DNA of 64,000 bases from Squalus acanthias (taxonomy: Eukaryota). Every line of letters begins with the position of its first letter. The first letter of the stretch is position 1. The stretch spans positions 145,702,001 to 145,766,000 of the forward strand of contig CM059432.1 of the NCBI GenBank assembly GCA_030390025.1, read 5' to 3'. Made by a program: the position numbers and the translations under genes. Shown here piece by piece: positions 62,561 to 64,000 of the stretch. The notes beneath the pieces are model-generated. The model was given only the letters and a program-made list of their open reading frames with translations, was not told the DNA's origin and ran no database searches.

Positions 62561-63744
62561 GGCCCTTCTTTCATGGAGGTAGCACTCCATCTATGGGCCA
62601 TATCAGGACAACGCCAACAGCAGCCCTTCTGAGATTTCAGCCAGGGCACAAGCTTAACATGGCAACAGGGAATCTATCATTCTCAGTGAGGAACTCGAGG
62701 GTGAGATTTCATTGCAGATAATCCCCACATTTAGTCCCTTCTTTGTCCATATCCCTGCAATTTTGCAGAGTAACATGGTTGGGGACCCTCAACTAGTAGC
62801 CAAAATAGATATCCTGCAATCGAGCACGAGTGTAGCCAGCTCAGGAGCGAGGACTTTACGGCTCGAAGTAAGTTCCTCTGCAAAGAGGAGTTCAAGATGG
62901 TTACACTGCCTCACATAATCCATGATGTGGAGATACCGGCGTTGGACTGGGGTGGACAAAAATGAGAAGTCGCACAACACCAGGTTATAGTCCAACAGAT
63001 TTATTTAAAATTACAATTAAAATTAAAATTAAAATTACACATAATCCAGGCAGTGTGTCCAGTAAACTGGCTGACTGCTGCTTATTTCCATATTGTGATC
63101 CAAAACCACGTCACTGCAGGTATCTCTGGTTTCCAGGTTTGGGATCGCAGCTACCAATATAATGTGCTTCACTTTGGCCTCAGTGTCAGTGGTGTTGAAT
63201 AAGTATCTGTTCATCATTCTCCTGCCTGTCAGTGTGCTTTATCCACACATCTATCCACACCTAAATGATGAGATTTTAAGAGTCTGCCCAGAAAGTTGAC
63301 TGCTAAGTACTTATTACTCATCAGGTAATGGCCTTCATTGTCGATTGTGAGAGGTTTCACCTAAAGCCTAAACAGAATGTGATATTTTTCAGACCTCTTT
63401 TTTTTTCTTGCCACCCTGGGCAAAATCTTGTTTCAAAATTGGTCGTCTATCTAAGGGAGGCACCAACAATCACAGCAAAAAACATTACCTTGTGTTGTTG
63501 GTCTTCAATGTACGAGTCTCTTCAGTTGAGCCTATTCCACCAGGGGACTCCACCCTAGGTCACTTGTCTTAACTTGATGAGGATGATCAGGTTTCAACTT
63601 TGCATTTCACAGTCTCTGGAGCACAATGTGCTTCAGGATATTTGACTTCCTTCCTCAGCTGACATTGGTGACAGGCACATCCTTGTCTAAATAGGGCTCT
63701 CATCATCAGCTCAGACAGTGGACTCTCTCGGAGTCCTCCTTTTA

Positions 63745-64000
63745 AAAAATTTGTTTTCGGAATGTGGGCATTGCTGGCAAGGCCGGCATTTATTGCCCAT
63801 CCCTACTTGCCCTTCTTGAACCGCTGCAGTCCGTGTGGTGAAGGTGCTCCCACAGTGCTGTTAGTTAGGAAGTTCCAGGATTTTGACCCAGCGACGATGA
63901 AGGATCGGCGATATATTTCCAAGGCAGGATGGTGTGTGACTTGGAGGGGAACTTGGAGGTGATGGTGTAACCATGCGCCTGCTGCCCTTGTCCTTCTCGG
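63745..64000 (-). mobile_element. 3' end of a CR1/L2-group LINE (runs off the window)
   Basis: Matches 21660-21940. Confidence 0.7.

Overview
Repeat-rich vertebrate DNA; the repeat families look like those of a cartilaginous fish (CR1 LINEs, Penelope, RTE, Tx1, HE1/V-SINE, Deu-domain SINEs), inferred from recalled consensus sequences. One host gene is recognisable: a minus-strand bucky ball/Velo1 (buc) homologue, the Balbiani-body/germ-plasm organiser. I reconstruct it from 5-6 coding exons (50041 to 31200, about 784-789 aa), including a candidate 15-nt microexon. The most striking mobile element is an apparently intact autonomous PIF/Harbinger transposon (4482-8738) with TIRs, a TGA target-site duplication (TSD), an uninterrupted DDE transposase and a convergent 3-exon Myb/SANT gene. 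A related non-autonomous copy sits 160 bp away in the same CR1. Also present: minimal hammerhead-ribozyme motifs in Penelope ends, a 93-bp-arm palindrome carrying two opposed hammerhead cores, a LINE whose 5' end is a tRNA-like pol III head that also occurs as SINE-like copies, and solo LTRs. Boundaries of degraded repeats are approximate, and family names come from recognition rather than database searches.
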